64,000 nt of DNA from Octopus vulgaris (lineage: Eukaryota). Each line of letters starts with the position of its first letter. Position 1 is the stretch's first letter. Position numbers and translations under genes: made by a program. The DNA lies in the NCBI GenBank assembly GCA_951406725.2, contig OX597839.1, positions 22,196,001 through 22,260,000 on the forward strand. Direction: 5' to 3'. Shown piece after piece: positions 25,843-39,383 of this stretch. A model generated the notes under the pieces. The model was not told where the DNA came from and did no database searches. It saw nothing but the letters and a program-made list of their open reading frames with translations.

Positions 25843-26265
25843 ATTGTTCAACCGTGGTCAAGACAATGGAATTTGCCATGCTACGCCAGACTTTATGGTC
25901 CATCATTGCATTACGGAGGTCCTGTTGCTGGATGCCTGTATCCCTGGAGATTACATCAGGGTAAGAGAGTGTGCGTCCTCTGGTATCAAGAGTAGATGGC
26001 TTCCAGAGGAGAAGAGTAGAAATTGCCTCATTTTCAGCTCTACAACAATGTCCAGCAAACTGGACTCTCCTACCTTTCACAAGATATGACACAGGTGGTA
26101 GTTTCCCATATATTTGTACTTTGGTTGGATGACGCTTCTATGAGAGATTTTGAGCTCTCATAAGGAGGCGAGTGTAGGTTCCATCCAACCGCCTCTCAAG
26201 CTTCTTTGATAACGTCCAGGTTTCTGAGCCATATAGTAGAATTGGTTCGACTGTGGCTTTGAAGA
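25843..26265 (-). mobile_element. RTE-clade LINE 3' fragment (different family)
   Basis: FKATVEPILLYGSETWTLSKKLERRLDGTYTRLL...RRVQFAGHCCR. Confidence 0.82.
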
Positions 26266-26281
26266 TAATAATGATAATAAT

Positions 26282-26676
26282 CATTTCTACTCTAGGCACA
26301 AGGCCTGAAGTTTTGTGGGAGGGAACTAGTCAATTATATCGACCCCAGTACGCAACTGGTACTTAATTTATCGATCCCGAAAGGATGAAAGGCAAAGTTG
26401 ACCTGGCGGAATTTGAACTCAGAACGTAGCAGGATGAAATACCTATTTCTTTACTACCCACAAGGGGCTAAACACAGAGGGGACAAACAAGGACAGACAA
26501 ACGGATCAAGTCGATTACATCGGCCCCAGTGTGTAACTGGTACTTATTTATTCGACCCCGATAGGATGAAAGGCAAAGTCGACCTCGGTGGAATTTGAAC
26601 TCAGAACGTAACGGCAGACGAAATACTGCTAAGCATTTCGCCCGGCGTGCTAACGTTTCTGCCAGCACCCTGCCTT
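26282..26676 (-). mobile_element. SINE family A nested dimer
   Basis: Same junction and old distal tail. Confidence 0.85.
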
Positions 26677-26680
26677 CATG

Positions 26681-26715
<35 letters not shown>

Positions 26716-27712
26716 TATAGTAATAATAATATAATATAATAATAGTAATAAGTTATTAAATCTGTGTTTGTTTTAATATTAAGATTGACAAAAATTGACC
26801 TTGTTTGTAAATAAACTTTGGACCTGGGGTTGCAGCCCCTAAGCAAATTTCATTCCTTATGCCAAACTCCATTAATCTTTACCAACTCTATACAATTATG
26901 TTTCTGAATGTGCATGGCCTAGTGGTTAGGGTGCTGGACTCATGATTGTGAGACTGTGGGTTTGATTCCCACATCAAGCAACATGTTGTGTTCTTGAGCA
27001 ACACACTTCATTTTACATTGCTCCAGTCCACTCAGCCGGCAAAAAGAAGCAACCCCCGTGATAGTCTAACCTTCTGCTTGGGGGAAATGTTGCCCCCCTC
27101 CCCCACCTCCTCATCTAGCCAGCAGGGTGGCATCATTTGACAGCTAATATACAATGCAAAGTGCATTGTGATCGTCTGGTCACAATGAGATGGCTCAGTG
27201 GTTAGAGCACCAGGCTCACATTCATTAGGTAGTGAGTTCGATTCCTTGATCAGGCTGTGTGTTGTGTTCTTGAGCAAGACACTTTATTTCACGTTGCTCC
27301 AGTTCACTCAGCTGTAGAAATGAGTTGTGACATCACTGGTGCCAAGCTGTATCTGCCCCTTTGCCTTTCCCTTGGATAACATTAGTGGTATGAAGAGGTA
27401 GGAGGCTGGTATGCATGGGTGACTGCTGGTCTTCCATAAACAACCTTGCCTGGACTTGTGCCTCAGAGGGGAACTTTCCAGGTGCAATCCCATGGTAAAT
27501 TGCAACTGAAGGGGTTCCTTACCCTTTACTTTTTACCTTGATACCATGATGTTCTATATTTAACCACTCCCACAGCAACAGGAGATGTTATGGTTTCAAA
27601 TACGGAAGCATAGTTAATGGAATGTTGGAATTAACAAGAGTCCCCAGGAAGACAGGAACTGTGAATCGAAAAGAAGGGGGGAGAGCCAAAGACATTCAGA
27701 GGGTCTACTTAC

Positions 27713-27791
27713 GGTAAGTGGACATCTTGCTGTCCCCATTAACAGCTGGGTACCAGCCATAGAGATGTTCTTTTAACATTCTGGGGCAAAT
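27713..27791 (-). CDS. Internal exon of an uncharacterised gene (gene B)
   Basis: Acceptor catattttacag|, donor ACC|gtaagt, 79 nt, phase 0 in and phase 1 out. Encodes ICPRMLKEHLYGWYPAVNGDSKMSTY and joins in frame to the 21071 exon (C+TG=Leu). Confidence 0.65.
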
Positions 27792-28069
27792 CTGTAAAAT
27801 ATGAACAACAATCAGTCAAATGGTAAATCAATAAATTCAGTTATCTAATCAATAATCAATTGATCAGCTTGTCTCCATAAATATTGACTTTATGCAAATG
27901 AGGGAAATCAAACAGTATTTTTTTTTTTTTGTATTTTGTAATTACAAGTAATTAGAGTTAATGAGAGGTAATTAGCAATCAATGATAATGATCAATGTTG
28001 GAAAGATGACAAATTTGATGGTACTGATAAGTAATCCCTGAATAATTTATGATGTAACTGCCGCTCTCA

Positions 28070-28650
28070 CCACCACTGCCACTGCCACCACTGCCACCAC
28101 CGCCACCACCGCCACCACCGCCACCACCACTACCACCGAAACCACTGCCACCACTGCCACAACTGCCACCACTAACACCACTGCCACCACCGCCACCACC
28201 GCCACCACCGCCACCACTGCTACCACTTCCACCACCGCCACCACCACCACCACCACTGCCACCACCGCCACCACCACCACCACCGCCACCACTGCCACCA
28301 CCGGCACCACCGTCACCACCGCCACTACTGCCACCACTGCCGCCACTGCCACCACTGCCACCACTGCCACCACTGCTACCACCGCCACCACCACCACCAC
28401 CGCTGCCACTGCCACCACTGCCACAACTGCCACCACTGCCATCACCGCCACCACCGCCACCACCTCCACTACTACCACCACTGCCACCACTAACACCACC
28501 ACCGCCACCACTGCCACCACTGCCACCACTGCCACCACCGCCACCACCACCACTGCCACCACTGCCACCACTGCCACCACCACCGCCACCGCCACCACTG
28601 CCACCACCGCCACCACTGCCACCACCGCCACCACTGCCACCGCCACCACT
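28070..28650. repeat. (CCA/CTG/CCG)n compound trinucleotide repeat
   Basis: ACTGCCACC/ACCGCCACC units. Confidence 0.95.
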
Positions 28651-28917
28651 GATGTTGATGTAATAGACATGCCCCAACCTTAAAATTGCTGGCCTTGAGC
28701 TAAAATTTGAAACTGTTAAAGGCAGCAAGTTGGCAGAATGGTTAGCATGCCAGATAAAGTGTTTAACAGTATTTCTTGTGACTCATCATGTCCAGATTTC
28801 AAATACTTCCGAGGTCGACTTTATCTTTCAGCCTCTAAGAGTCAATAAAATACCAGTCGAACCCCTCCCCTTAAAATTACTGGCCTTGTGCTCAGATTAG
28901 AAAGAACTATTATTATA

Positions 28918-29201
28918 TGCCAGCACCGCCCCAACTGGCTTCTGTGCCGGTGGCACATAAAAAGCACCAACCGATCGTGGCTGATGCCAGACCCCTCTGG
29001 CACCTGTGCAGGTGGCACGTAAAAAGCACCCACTACACTCGCGGAGTGGTTGGCATTAGGAAGGGCATCCAGCTGTAGAAACACTGCCAGATCAGACTGG
29101 AGCCTGGAGCAGCCCCTGGCTCCCTAGACCCCGGTCGAACCGTCCAGCCCGTGCTAGCGCGGAAAACGGACGTTAAACGATGATGATGATGATGATGATG
29201 A
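28918..29201 (+). mobile_element. RTE 3'-UTR-only copy
   Basis: Same 3' UTR and (GAT)n tail. Confidence 0.75.
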
Positions 29202-29821
29202 TTATTATTGAAGGCAGTGACTTGGTAGAATCATTAGCATGCTGGGCGAATTACTTAAAGGTATTTCATCAGTCTTTGTTCTGAGTTCAAATCCTGCCAA
29301 GGTTGACTTTACCGTTCATCCTTTGGGGGTCGATAAATTAAGTACCAGTGGAACACTAGGGTTGATGTAATCGAATAGACCCCACTCCCCCCTAAAATTT
29401 CAGGCCTTGTGACTATAATAGAAAGGAGAAAGGAGCTGGCAGAATTGTTAGCACGCGGGGTGGAATGCTTAACAGTATTTTGTTTGTCTTGGTGTTCTGA
29501 GTTCAAATTCTGCCAAGGTTGACTTTGCCTTTCATCCTTTCAGGGTCGATAAATGAAGTACCAGTTGCGTATTGAGGTCGATGTAATTGACTATCTCCCT
29601 CCCCCAAATTTCAGGCCTTGTGCCTAGAGTAGAAAGGATTATTATTATGCTGGTGTGTTTACGTCCCCATCACTTAGCGGTTCGGCAAAAGAGACCAATA
29701 GAATAAGTTACAGGCTTACAAAGAATAAGTCCCGGGGTCGATTTGATCGACTAAAGGCGGTGCTCCAGCATGGCTGCAGTCAAATGACTGAAACAAGTAA
29801 AAGAGTAAAAGAGTAAAGAGT

Positions 29822-30150
29822 GAGACATGGGCACTGAATGCAGAAGACATGTGTAGACTGGAGAGAGATGAAGGCAGCGTGCTTCATTGGATGTGCAGCA
29901 ACATCAGTGTGCATGTGCACCAAAGTGCAAACATATTGAGAGAAAAGTTGGGCATAAGAGGAATGAAATGCAGCGTGCAAGAGAGAAGACTTTGTTGGTT
30001 TGGAGATGTGATGCATATGGATGAGGGCAGGTGCACAATCAGGTGCTGGTCAGTGAAAGTTGATGGAAGCCGTGGAAGAGGGACGAAGGATCAATCTCAG
30101 GATTTTGGGCCTCATGGAGGAAATGAGATGTCTAGTGATATGAGGCTCTT
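29822..30150 (+). mobile_element. Degenerate RTE LINE 3' coding fragment
   Basis: RLERDEGSVLHWMC...LREKLGIR...VQERRLCWFGDVMHM...GSRGRG, paralogous to 32426-33451. Confidence 0.8.
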
Positions 30151-30457
30151 GAGAAGATCTGCTCACATCAGGGAAACTGAGTCCCAGAAGCACTGTGTGT
30201 TCCACCCAAATGTTACAAGAACATTTCTCACATTCCTTACCCCAACAAACCCAAACTACATCTTTTCTCTTCCTCACATCTCCTCTTTCGTGTGCTATGC
30301 TTATCTCTCACTCCCCAATCTTGTCTTCGTGGCCCCGTTCATTGTATCATTGCTATCCGGTTGCCCCACCTCTCTATAGACCCAGGTTTTCACCACTCAC
30401 GGCATTCCCCTCCCCTTCTACTCACGCTTTTTTGGCAATGCCCTGCCATTTATATCA

Positions 30458-31500
30458 TCACCTCTCTACCTGAAGGGGATGCCCTGGCACTTACCACCAT
30501 CCACCTCTCTACCTCAAGGGGATGCCCTGGCACTTACCACCATCCACCTCTCTACCTCAAGGGGATGCCCTGGCACTTACCACCATCCACCTCTCTACCT
30601 GAAGGGGATGCCCTGGCACTTACCACCATCCACCTCTCTACCTGAAGGGGATGCCCTGGCACTTACCACCATCCACCTCTCTACCTGAAGGGGATGCCCT
30701 GGCACTTACCACCATCCACCTCTCTACCTGAAGGGGATGCCCTGGCACTTACCACCATCCACCTCTCTACCTCAAGGGGATGCCCTGGCACTTACCACCA
30801 TCCACCTCTCTACCTGAAGGGGATGCCCTGGCACTTACCACCATCCACCTCTCTACCTCAAGGGGATGCCCTGGCACTTACCACCATCCACCTCTCTACC
30901 TGAAGGGGATGCCCTGGCACTTACCACCATCCACCTCTCTACCTGAAGGGGATGCCCTGGCACTTACCACCATCCACCTCTCTACCTCAAGGGGATGCCC
31001 TGGCACTTACCACCATCCACCTCTCTACCTCAAGGGGATGCCCTGGCACTTACCACCATCCACCTCTCTACCTGAAGGGGATGCCCTGGCACTTACCACC
31101 ATCCACCTCTCTACCTCAAGGGGATGCCCTGGCACTTACCACCATCCACCTCTCTACCTCAAGGGGATGCCCTGGCACTTACCACCATCCACCTCTCTAC
31201 CTGAAGGGGATGCCCTGGCACTTACCACCATCCACCTCTCTACCTGAAGGGGATGCCCTGGCACTTACCACCATCCACCTCTCTACCTCAAGGGGATGTC
31301 CTGGCACTTACCACCATCCACCTCTCTACCTGAAGGGGATGCCCTGGCACTTACCACCATCCACCTCTCTACCTGAAGGGGATGCCCTGGCACTTACCAC
31401 CATCCACCTCTCTACCTGAAGGGGATGCCCTGGCACTTACCACCATCCACCTCTCTACCTCAAGGGGATGCCCTGGCACTTACCACCATCCACCTCTCTC
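30458..31500. repeat. 43-bp minisatellite, 24 copies
   Basis: Unit CACCTCTCTACCT(G/C)AAGGGGATGCCCTGGCACTTACCACCATC, no spacers. Confidence 0.97.
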
Positions 31501-31797
31501 TCTTCTTCCGCTTGACCATCTCATCCATATTCTACAGTTTAGACAAGATTAAACCTCCTCCTTCATATCTTTACCTTTTTTTTTCTTTTACTTGTTTTCA
31601 GTCATTGGAGTACGGCCATGCTGGAGCAGCACCTTGAAAAATTTTAGTCGAATGAATTAACCCCAGTCCTCATTCTCTATTTTAAGCCTGATAAATATTT
31701 TGCTGAACTGCTATGTCACAGGAACAGAAACACACATATAACATTTGTCAAGTGATGAGGGGGGATAAACATATACACACACACACACACACTATAT

Positions 31798-32155
31798 ATC
31801 ATCATCATCATCATCATCGTTTAACGTCCGCTTTCCATGCTAGCATGGGTTGGACGGTTCAATTGGGGTCTGGGGAGCCCGAAGGCTTCACCAGGCCAGT
31901 CAGATCTGGCAGTGTTTCTACAGCTGGATGCCCTTCCTAATGCCAACCACTCCGAGAGTGTAGTGGGTGATTTTATGTGCCACTGACACAGGTGCCAGAC
32001 AAGGCTGGCAGACGGCCACGCTTGGATGGTGTTTTTTATGTGCCACCGACACAGGTGGCAGACGGCCACGATCGGATGGTACAGCACGGAGGCCAGTCGA
32101 TGCGGTACTGGCTACGGCCACGTTCGGATGGTTTTCTTATGTGCCACCGGCACAC
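31798..32155 (-). mobile_element. RTE 3'-UTR-only copy
   Basis: Shares GAGTGGTTGGC.TTAGGAAGGGCATCCAGC...GGACGTTAAACGATGATGAT with the LINE at 32176-33524. Confidence 0.75.
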
Positions 32156-32175
32156 TATACATGTATATGTGTATA

Positions 32176-33524
32176 TCATCATCATCATCATCATCATCAT
32201 CGTTTAACGTCCGCTTTCCGCGCTAGCACGGGTTGGACGGTTTGACCGGGTCTGGGAAGCCAGGGGCCGCTCCAGGCTCCAGTCTGAATCTGGCAGAGTT
32301 TCTACGGCTGGATGCCCTTCCTAACGCCAACCACTCCGTGAGTGGATTGGGTGCTTTTTACGTGCCACCTGCACAGGGGCCGGAGGGTCCGGCATCGTCA
32401 CGATCGGTTCGAGCATTTTAACGTGTCAGCGGCACGGGGGCAACGAGGTCCGGGGTACTTTGGGGATCGGGGTATTTTGGGGATCCAGGGTACTTTGGGG
32501 ATCCGGGGTACTTTGGGGATCCGGGGTACTTAGAATGGGTAGGGGGTATGTGGAATTGCTGCAGAAAGCAGCCCGGGTCTTTGTAGTCACAGCATATCTC
32601 CAGAGATCTCGGTCCTTCGCCATTGCCTCAGTGAGGCCCAATGCTCTGAGGTCATGCTTGACCACCTCATCCCATGTCTTCCTGGGTCTACCTCTCCCCC
32701 TGATACCTTCAACTGTTTGGGAGTGGCACTTCTTCACACATCTCTCTTCATCCATCCGCAGCACATGACCATACCATCGCAAGCGTCGCTCTTGCACACC
32801 ACATCTGATGCTTCTTATATCCAGCATTTCTCTCAGGATACTTACACTCTGTTTTGCGTGCACACTGACACTACACATCCAGCGGATCATGCTAGCTTCA
32901 TTTCTTTCAAGTCTACGCATGTCTTCTGCAGTCACAGCCCATGTTTCATTACCGTGAAGCATGGCAGTTCGCACACATGCATCATATAATCTACCTTTTG
33001 CTCTGAGGGAGAGGCCTTTTGTTGCCAGTAGGGGTAGGAGCTTTCTGAACTTTGCCCAGGCTATTCGTATTCTAGTGGTGATACTCTCTGTGCATCCACC
33101 TCCGCTACTAACTTGGTCTCCCAGGTAGCGGAAACTATCAACTACTTCTAGTTTCTCTCCCTGGAGTGTGATGGAATCTGTTTTCTGAGTGTCTGTTGTG
33201 TCTATTGTCCCTGTGCATCTGCCGCACATGAAAGCTATCTTATCTGTTAATTTCCCTTTAATGTTGCTGCACCTCTTATGTGTCCATAACTTACATTGGG
33301 TGCATCTTATGGAGTTTCTACCTGTACCTTTCCTACAGGTTGAGCAGGGCCATCTACCCGAGGGGATGTGTGTTGAGTACCTCTTGCTGCTTACTAATAC
33401 TTTGGTCTTTGCTACATTTATTCTAAGGCCCTTTGATTCCAACCCTTGCATCCATACCCGAAATTTCTCTTCTAGTTCCGGTAGTGATTCTGCTATGAGA
33501 GCTAGGTCATCGGCATAGAGGAGG
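32176..33524 (-). mobile_element. 5'-truncated RTE-clade (RTE-X-like) LINE
   Basis: LLYADDLALIA...GLRINVAKTKV...FRYLG...RRLRWYGHVLRM...GRGRPRKTW in an open frame, followed by a 3' UTR and (GAT)n tail. Confidence 0.92.
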
Positions 33525-33674
33525 GTGTGTTATGAGCATCTATTGACGATATATCCTATAGAAACTCAACAAACAATCAAAGATGGAGAAGGGAAGATGC
33601 TTAAAAGTTTTATAAAATTTTAATTTTAACTTTGGAACCCTCCAAAGTAAAGGATGAAAAAGAACTCAGCCTTT

Positions 33675-33717
<43 letters not shown>

Positions 33718-33778
33718 AAAACACACATATATATATATATACATAAAAACACATATATATATATATATATACATAAAA

Positions 33779-33820
<42 letters not shown>

Positions 33821-33977
33821 TATACACACATAATTATACACATATGTATGTATATGTTCGTTTGGCAGCTCTTATACCATTCTGCACATGAGTAACACTT
33901 CATTCACAAGCATATGTGTATTGAGTTCTACACCAGGTTATTAGTATCAAAATACCGAAGTGAAATACATACATGCA

Positions 33978-34054
<77 letters not shown>

Positions 34055-34077
34055 ATATATATATATATATACATATA

Positions 34078-34116
<39 letters not shown>

Positions 34117-34124
34117 TTATATAT

Positions 34125-34192
<68 letters not shown>

Positions 34193-34481
34193 GTAAGTGA
34201 AATTTAAAGTTTAAGAATTAAGGTTCAGGAAGTATGCATTTGATGCAGTATCGAAACCTTATTTCAGGGTAAGTCCCAGGTTGTGTGTCCACGGAGCATG
34301 TTCACCACTTATGGCTACCAGGCATCATCAACAATAGTTTGCAATGATCGTTGTATGAATTTCCGGGGATTCCAGGGTGAATGATGAGTATATATTTAAT
34401 AATGAAGACCAGACGGAACGTACCAACATTCTGTCTTCTCTATTTATTTTTAATATGTATATATGTATATACACATATATG

Positions 34482-34548
<67 letters not shown>

Positions 34549-34565
34549 ACACACATACATATATG

Positions 34566-34695
<130 letters not shown>

Positions 34696-34717
34696 CACAC
34701 ACATACATATATGTATT

Positions 34718-34873
<156 letters not shown>

Positions 34874-34874
34874 C

Positions 34875-35187
34875 AACAATTGCTGCGTGGAAGGTGTTTA
34901 TAAGCCATTTAAGAAACACACAAAAGCCGTTCGATTCACTTCAACATTTAAGTTTAATTTGTCAAAATATTTTCGTCGCTAAAATCCGCGACCTGTTCAC
35001 TGCAGCACGGACTTTGTCAGTGAACAGGTAGCGACGAAAATATTTTGACAAATTAAACTTAAATGTTGAAGTGAATCGAACGGCTTTTGTGTGTTTCTTA
35101 AATGGCTTATAAACACCTTCCACGCTGCAATTGTTTTCGTTTCAGCACACGATCTTAGATCAAATTACTTGCTATGCGAGTACATCT

Positions 35188-35190
<3 letters not shown>
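34875..35190. mobile_element. Penelope-type foldback element in (TA)n
   Basis: About 103-bp near-perfect inverted arms (~34878-34980 and 35030-35134), hammerhead-like centre, (TA)n flanks. Confidence 0.62.
35014..35051 (+). ncRNA. Hammerhead-like motif with swapped G3:C8 core
   Basis: TTGTCA GTGAACA g GT-agcg-AC GAAA ATAT T T TGACAA: 6-bp stem I and palindromic stem III. The opposite arm (34959-35002, minus) keeps the full stem II GTCGC-ggatttta-GCGAC. Confidence 0.55.
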
Positions 35191-35241
<51 letters not shown>

Positions 35242-35261
35242 CACACATACATATATGTATT

Positions 35262-35319
<58 letters not shown>

Positions 35320-36027
35320 TACATATATGTATTTCTCTCTCTTTCTCTCTCTCTCTATATACACACACACACACACACATATATGTATATAACACTTCAA
35401 GTCTTTTATCACAGCAAACTAATTCTCTCATATTATGTTGGTTGTTCAAAAAGGCCATTGGTTGTATATGAGTATTATTTCCTCAAACACTTTAGATAAT
35501 CCCTGACAATGGAAAACCCCATATCACGTGCATGGGGCATCATTCGACCAGTACATGCACCCCACCCCTTCTTCCTTTGGCAGAGACTGTAGTTACAGAT
35601 ATCTCGAAAAGGAAAAATTTAACTGCAATTTCCTGTGGCCTGGTCAAAGGTTCGCTGAATGTGAATCTTTGCTCATTTTACATTTTGTTGAATGCATCTG
35701 AACCCTTCACAAGTTGATATTTGGATACATGCCAATGGGGAAGATAAAAAAAAAAGGTCCTTTTACTTCAGTTTCTTTCATGTAGACATTTGTGGGTACT
35801 TTTATTGTTGATACCAATTTTGTTAGTCTGCCAGGAAGTACGATCATAATATTCTGTGCAACTTCAAAGAAAATTCCAGTGGTTCTTGGGGATTCACATC
35901 TTGTAAACATCCAATTATTAAAGTGGAAAAGTTATAGGAAAAAACCATTTCTATTCCTTTTTTCAATTATATAATACGATACCAAGGACTTTCTATTCTT
36001 TATTCTACTATATATATATATATATAT

Positions 36028-36793
36028 AGGCATAGGAGTAGCTGTGTGGTAAGTAGCTTGCTTGCAAACCACATGGTTCTGGGTTCAGTCCCACTGTGTG
36101 GCATCTTGGGCAAGTGTCTTCTACTATAGTCTCGGGCCGACTAAAGCCTTGTGAGTGGATTTGGTAGACAGAAACATACATACACACATACATACATACA
36201 TACATACATACACACAAACATACACACATACATTCATACACACAAACATACACACATACATTCATACACACATACATACACACATACATTCATATACACA
36301 TACATACACACATACATTCATACACACATACATGCATACATACACACATACACACATATATATATGTATATATATATATATATATGCGTGTGTGTGTTTG
36401 TGTATCTGTGTTTGTCCCCCCAACATCGCTTGACAACCAATGCTGGTGTGTTTACATGCCCGTAACTTAGCGGTTTGGCTAAAGAGACTGATAGAATAAG
36501 TTCTAGGCTTACAAAGAATAAGTCCTGGGGTCAATTTGCTCGACTAAAGGTGGTGCTCCAGCATGGCCACAGTCACATGACTGACACAAGTAAAAGATTA
36601 AAAGAGTAAAAGAGAATATATATATTTTCTTACGTCCCCGTCACTTAGCGGTTCGGCAAAAGATACCGATAGAATAAGTACTGGGCTTACAAAGAATAAG
36701 TCCCGGGGTCAATTTGCTCGACTAAAGGTGGTGCTCCAGCATGGCCACAGTCACATGACTGACACAAGTAAAAGATTAAAAGAGTAAAAGAGA
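36028..36793 (+). mobile_element. SINE family B with duplicated 3' half
   Basis: Head at 36028, expanded (CATA)n interior, tail repeated at ~36630-36793. Other copies at ~40195-40565 and ~45287-45660. Confidence 0.85.
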
Positions 36794-37159
36794 TAGGCTT
36801 CTTTCTGTTTCTGCCTACCAAATCCTATCTCAAGGCTTTGGTTGGCCCCGAGCCTATTGTGGAAGACACTTGCCCAAGGTGCCAGACAGTGGAACTGAAC
36901 CCAGAACCATGTAGTGGGGAAGCAATTTTCTCACCACACTGCCAACGCCTACTTTTAATTCAACATATTTCAATTCCTTTCTGCTATTCTTTTATCACAA
37001 TGTCTGTTGGGAGACCTTCTCTTTATCTTGCCATAATGGCGGTGCCCCAGCATGGCCACAGCTCATGAGCTGAAACTAGAATCAATCAATCAATCATACG
37101 TAACACTATCTGCTCTACGATCATCGGTTGTTCTGTTCGGATGTCAAAGACTCATAGGA

Positions 37160-37779
37160 CACACATATATGCATACGTGTGTGTGTGTGTGTGTGTGTGT
37201 GTATGCATATATATACATGACTACATACACACACGCATATACACATACGTGTGTGTATGTGTGTGTATAAATATAAATACATACACACGCACACACACAC
37301 AGATGTGTGTGTGTGTATATATTGATATACATACATACATACATACATACACACATACATACACACACATACATACACACACATACATACACACACATAC
37401 ATACATACATACATACACACATACATTCATACACACATGCATACACACATACATTCATACACACATACATACACACATACATTCATACACACATACATAC
37501 ATACACACATACATACACACACACATACATTCATACACACATACATACATACACACATACATACATACATACATACACACATACATACACACATACACAC
37601 ATACATACACACATACATACACACATACATTCATACACACATACATACATACACACATACATACACACACACATACACACACACATACACACACATACAT
37701 ACACACACACATACACACATACATTCATACACACACACATTCACATACACACACACACACACACATACACACACATATT

Positions 37780-37819
<40 letters not shown>

Positions 37820-37820
37820 T
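37160..37820. repeat. (CATA)n/(CA)n microsatellite
   Basis: Read directly. Confidence 0.95.
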
Positions 37821-38318
37821 GCATGTTGGCAGGCCCTCAAACGGATTTTCATTTTCACAACCCTGTGGTTTTGCTTTTAATTCCCTTGTAGGGGAGATGT
37901 GGATAAGTGTGTGTATGGGTAGGTGTGTGTGTGCCTTCGAGTAAAGATTTTAAAAATCACAATACCTTCGTTCAGTTTGAGCTCCTTTCTCTTCTTTGGT
38001 GATGGAATCCGTGAACTTTTCCTTCTTTCCGTAAAGGAGACAACAAGAAACGGATTGGTAGAAGTGTATTTTAGGATGCCTTCACATTATACATACATAT
38101 ATATATATAATATATATACACACACATATATATATATAGTGAGAGAGAGAGATGAAATATATATATAGATGTTTGTTTTTATGTTCAGATGTAATTAGAA
38201 AATTTTTTACATTAATGTGAAGTGTTACTCCATACTTTTGTAGAGCACAAACTTATTCTACTGTAAAAAGATTAGTATTGATAGCGCCTTTGAAAGTTGG
38301 GCCATCCAAGCCATCATA

Positions 38319-38375
<57 letters not shown>

Positions 38376-38381
38376 ATGTAT

Positions 38382-38438
<57 letters not shown>

Positions 38439-38531
38439 TAGTGTATTTTTACCTTGTTAACAATTAACACGGAAAAATAAATAAATAGTTACCAGGGCAG
38501 CAAAAACCTGCGTTAACTCCATTTTTTATTC

Positions 38532-38585
<54 letters not shown>

Positions 38586-39069
38586 GTATATATATATGTA
38601 GGTATATGTATATATATATGTGTATGTATATATATATATATGTATATATATATGTAGGTCCCGGGTTGAGTCGGGGTTAACCACAGTAAATAAGGTACTC
38701 AATACATAGCAGAGTAAAGTAATTTATTTTATAGAAGCTCCTTCTATAAAATATATATATATATATATGTGTATATATTTGTAATATATATTGTTGGAAA
38801 GTTAAGCAATGGAAGCTAAAGAATGAAATGACTTGTGACGTTTAGTTTCACCAAAAATTACCCGAGATAACTGAATTGAAGAAATCTTATATCACCAGGG
38901 CAGAAAATGTTATTGTTATTATTGTTGTTGTTGTTGTTATTATTCCAGCATTCAAAATAGTTGTATTTGCATTAGTTTAATCCAATGTTTTTTTATTTGT
39001 TTTGTTTTGTTTTGTTTTCCTTATTTTCTTTTTAAGTATCCGGTGTTTCTTGAGTTGTTACATAAGGAT

Positions 39070-39102
<33 letters not shown>

Positions 39103-39307
39103 CTCCCTCTGGTGTCAGTCACTGACTGTCCTTTTGAGGAGAAAGAAATGCTGAAAAAAAAGTTAGGGGTGGGGGTAGAAGGGGAAAACAAACGAATAAG
39201 TAATTAATAATCAGTTGTCTTTAATCAGAACAGCTGCCAGATTTTGTTTCTTGTCAGCTCCTGTCCAGACAAGTAATTTGCACTGAATTTCTCAAAGTGT
39301 GTCAAGC

Positions 39308-39381
<74 letters not shown>

Positions 39382-39383
<2 letters not shown>

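Noticed and set aside
27979-28728. 249-aa Gly/Ser-rich ORF resembling a structural protein
   Set aside because: It is a trinucleotide repeat open in several frames, starts within a SINE tail, and has no convincing splice sites.
30458-31500. CRISPR-like appearance of the 43-bp array (and the 19-bp array at 43434)
   Set aside because: Units are contiguous with no unique spacers, there are no cas genes, and the context is eukaryotic.
35400-35970. Non-repetitive stretch that might be an exon or transposase relic
   Set aside because: Stops in the frames examined and no recognisable motif or splice pair.
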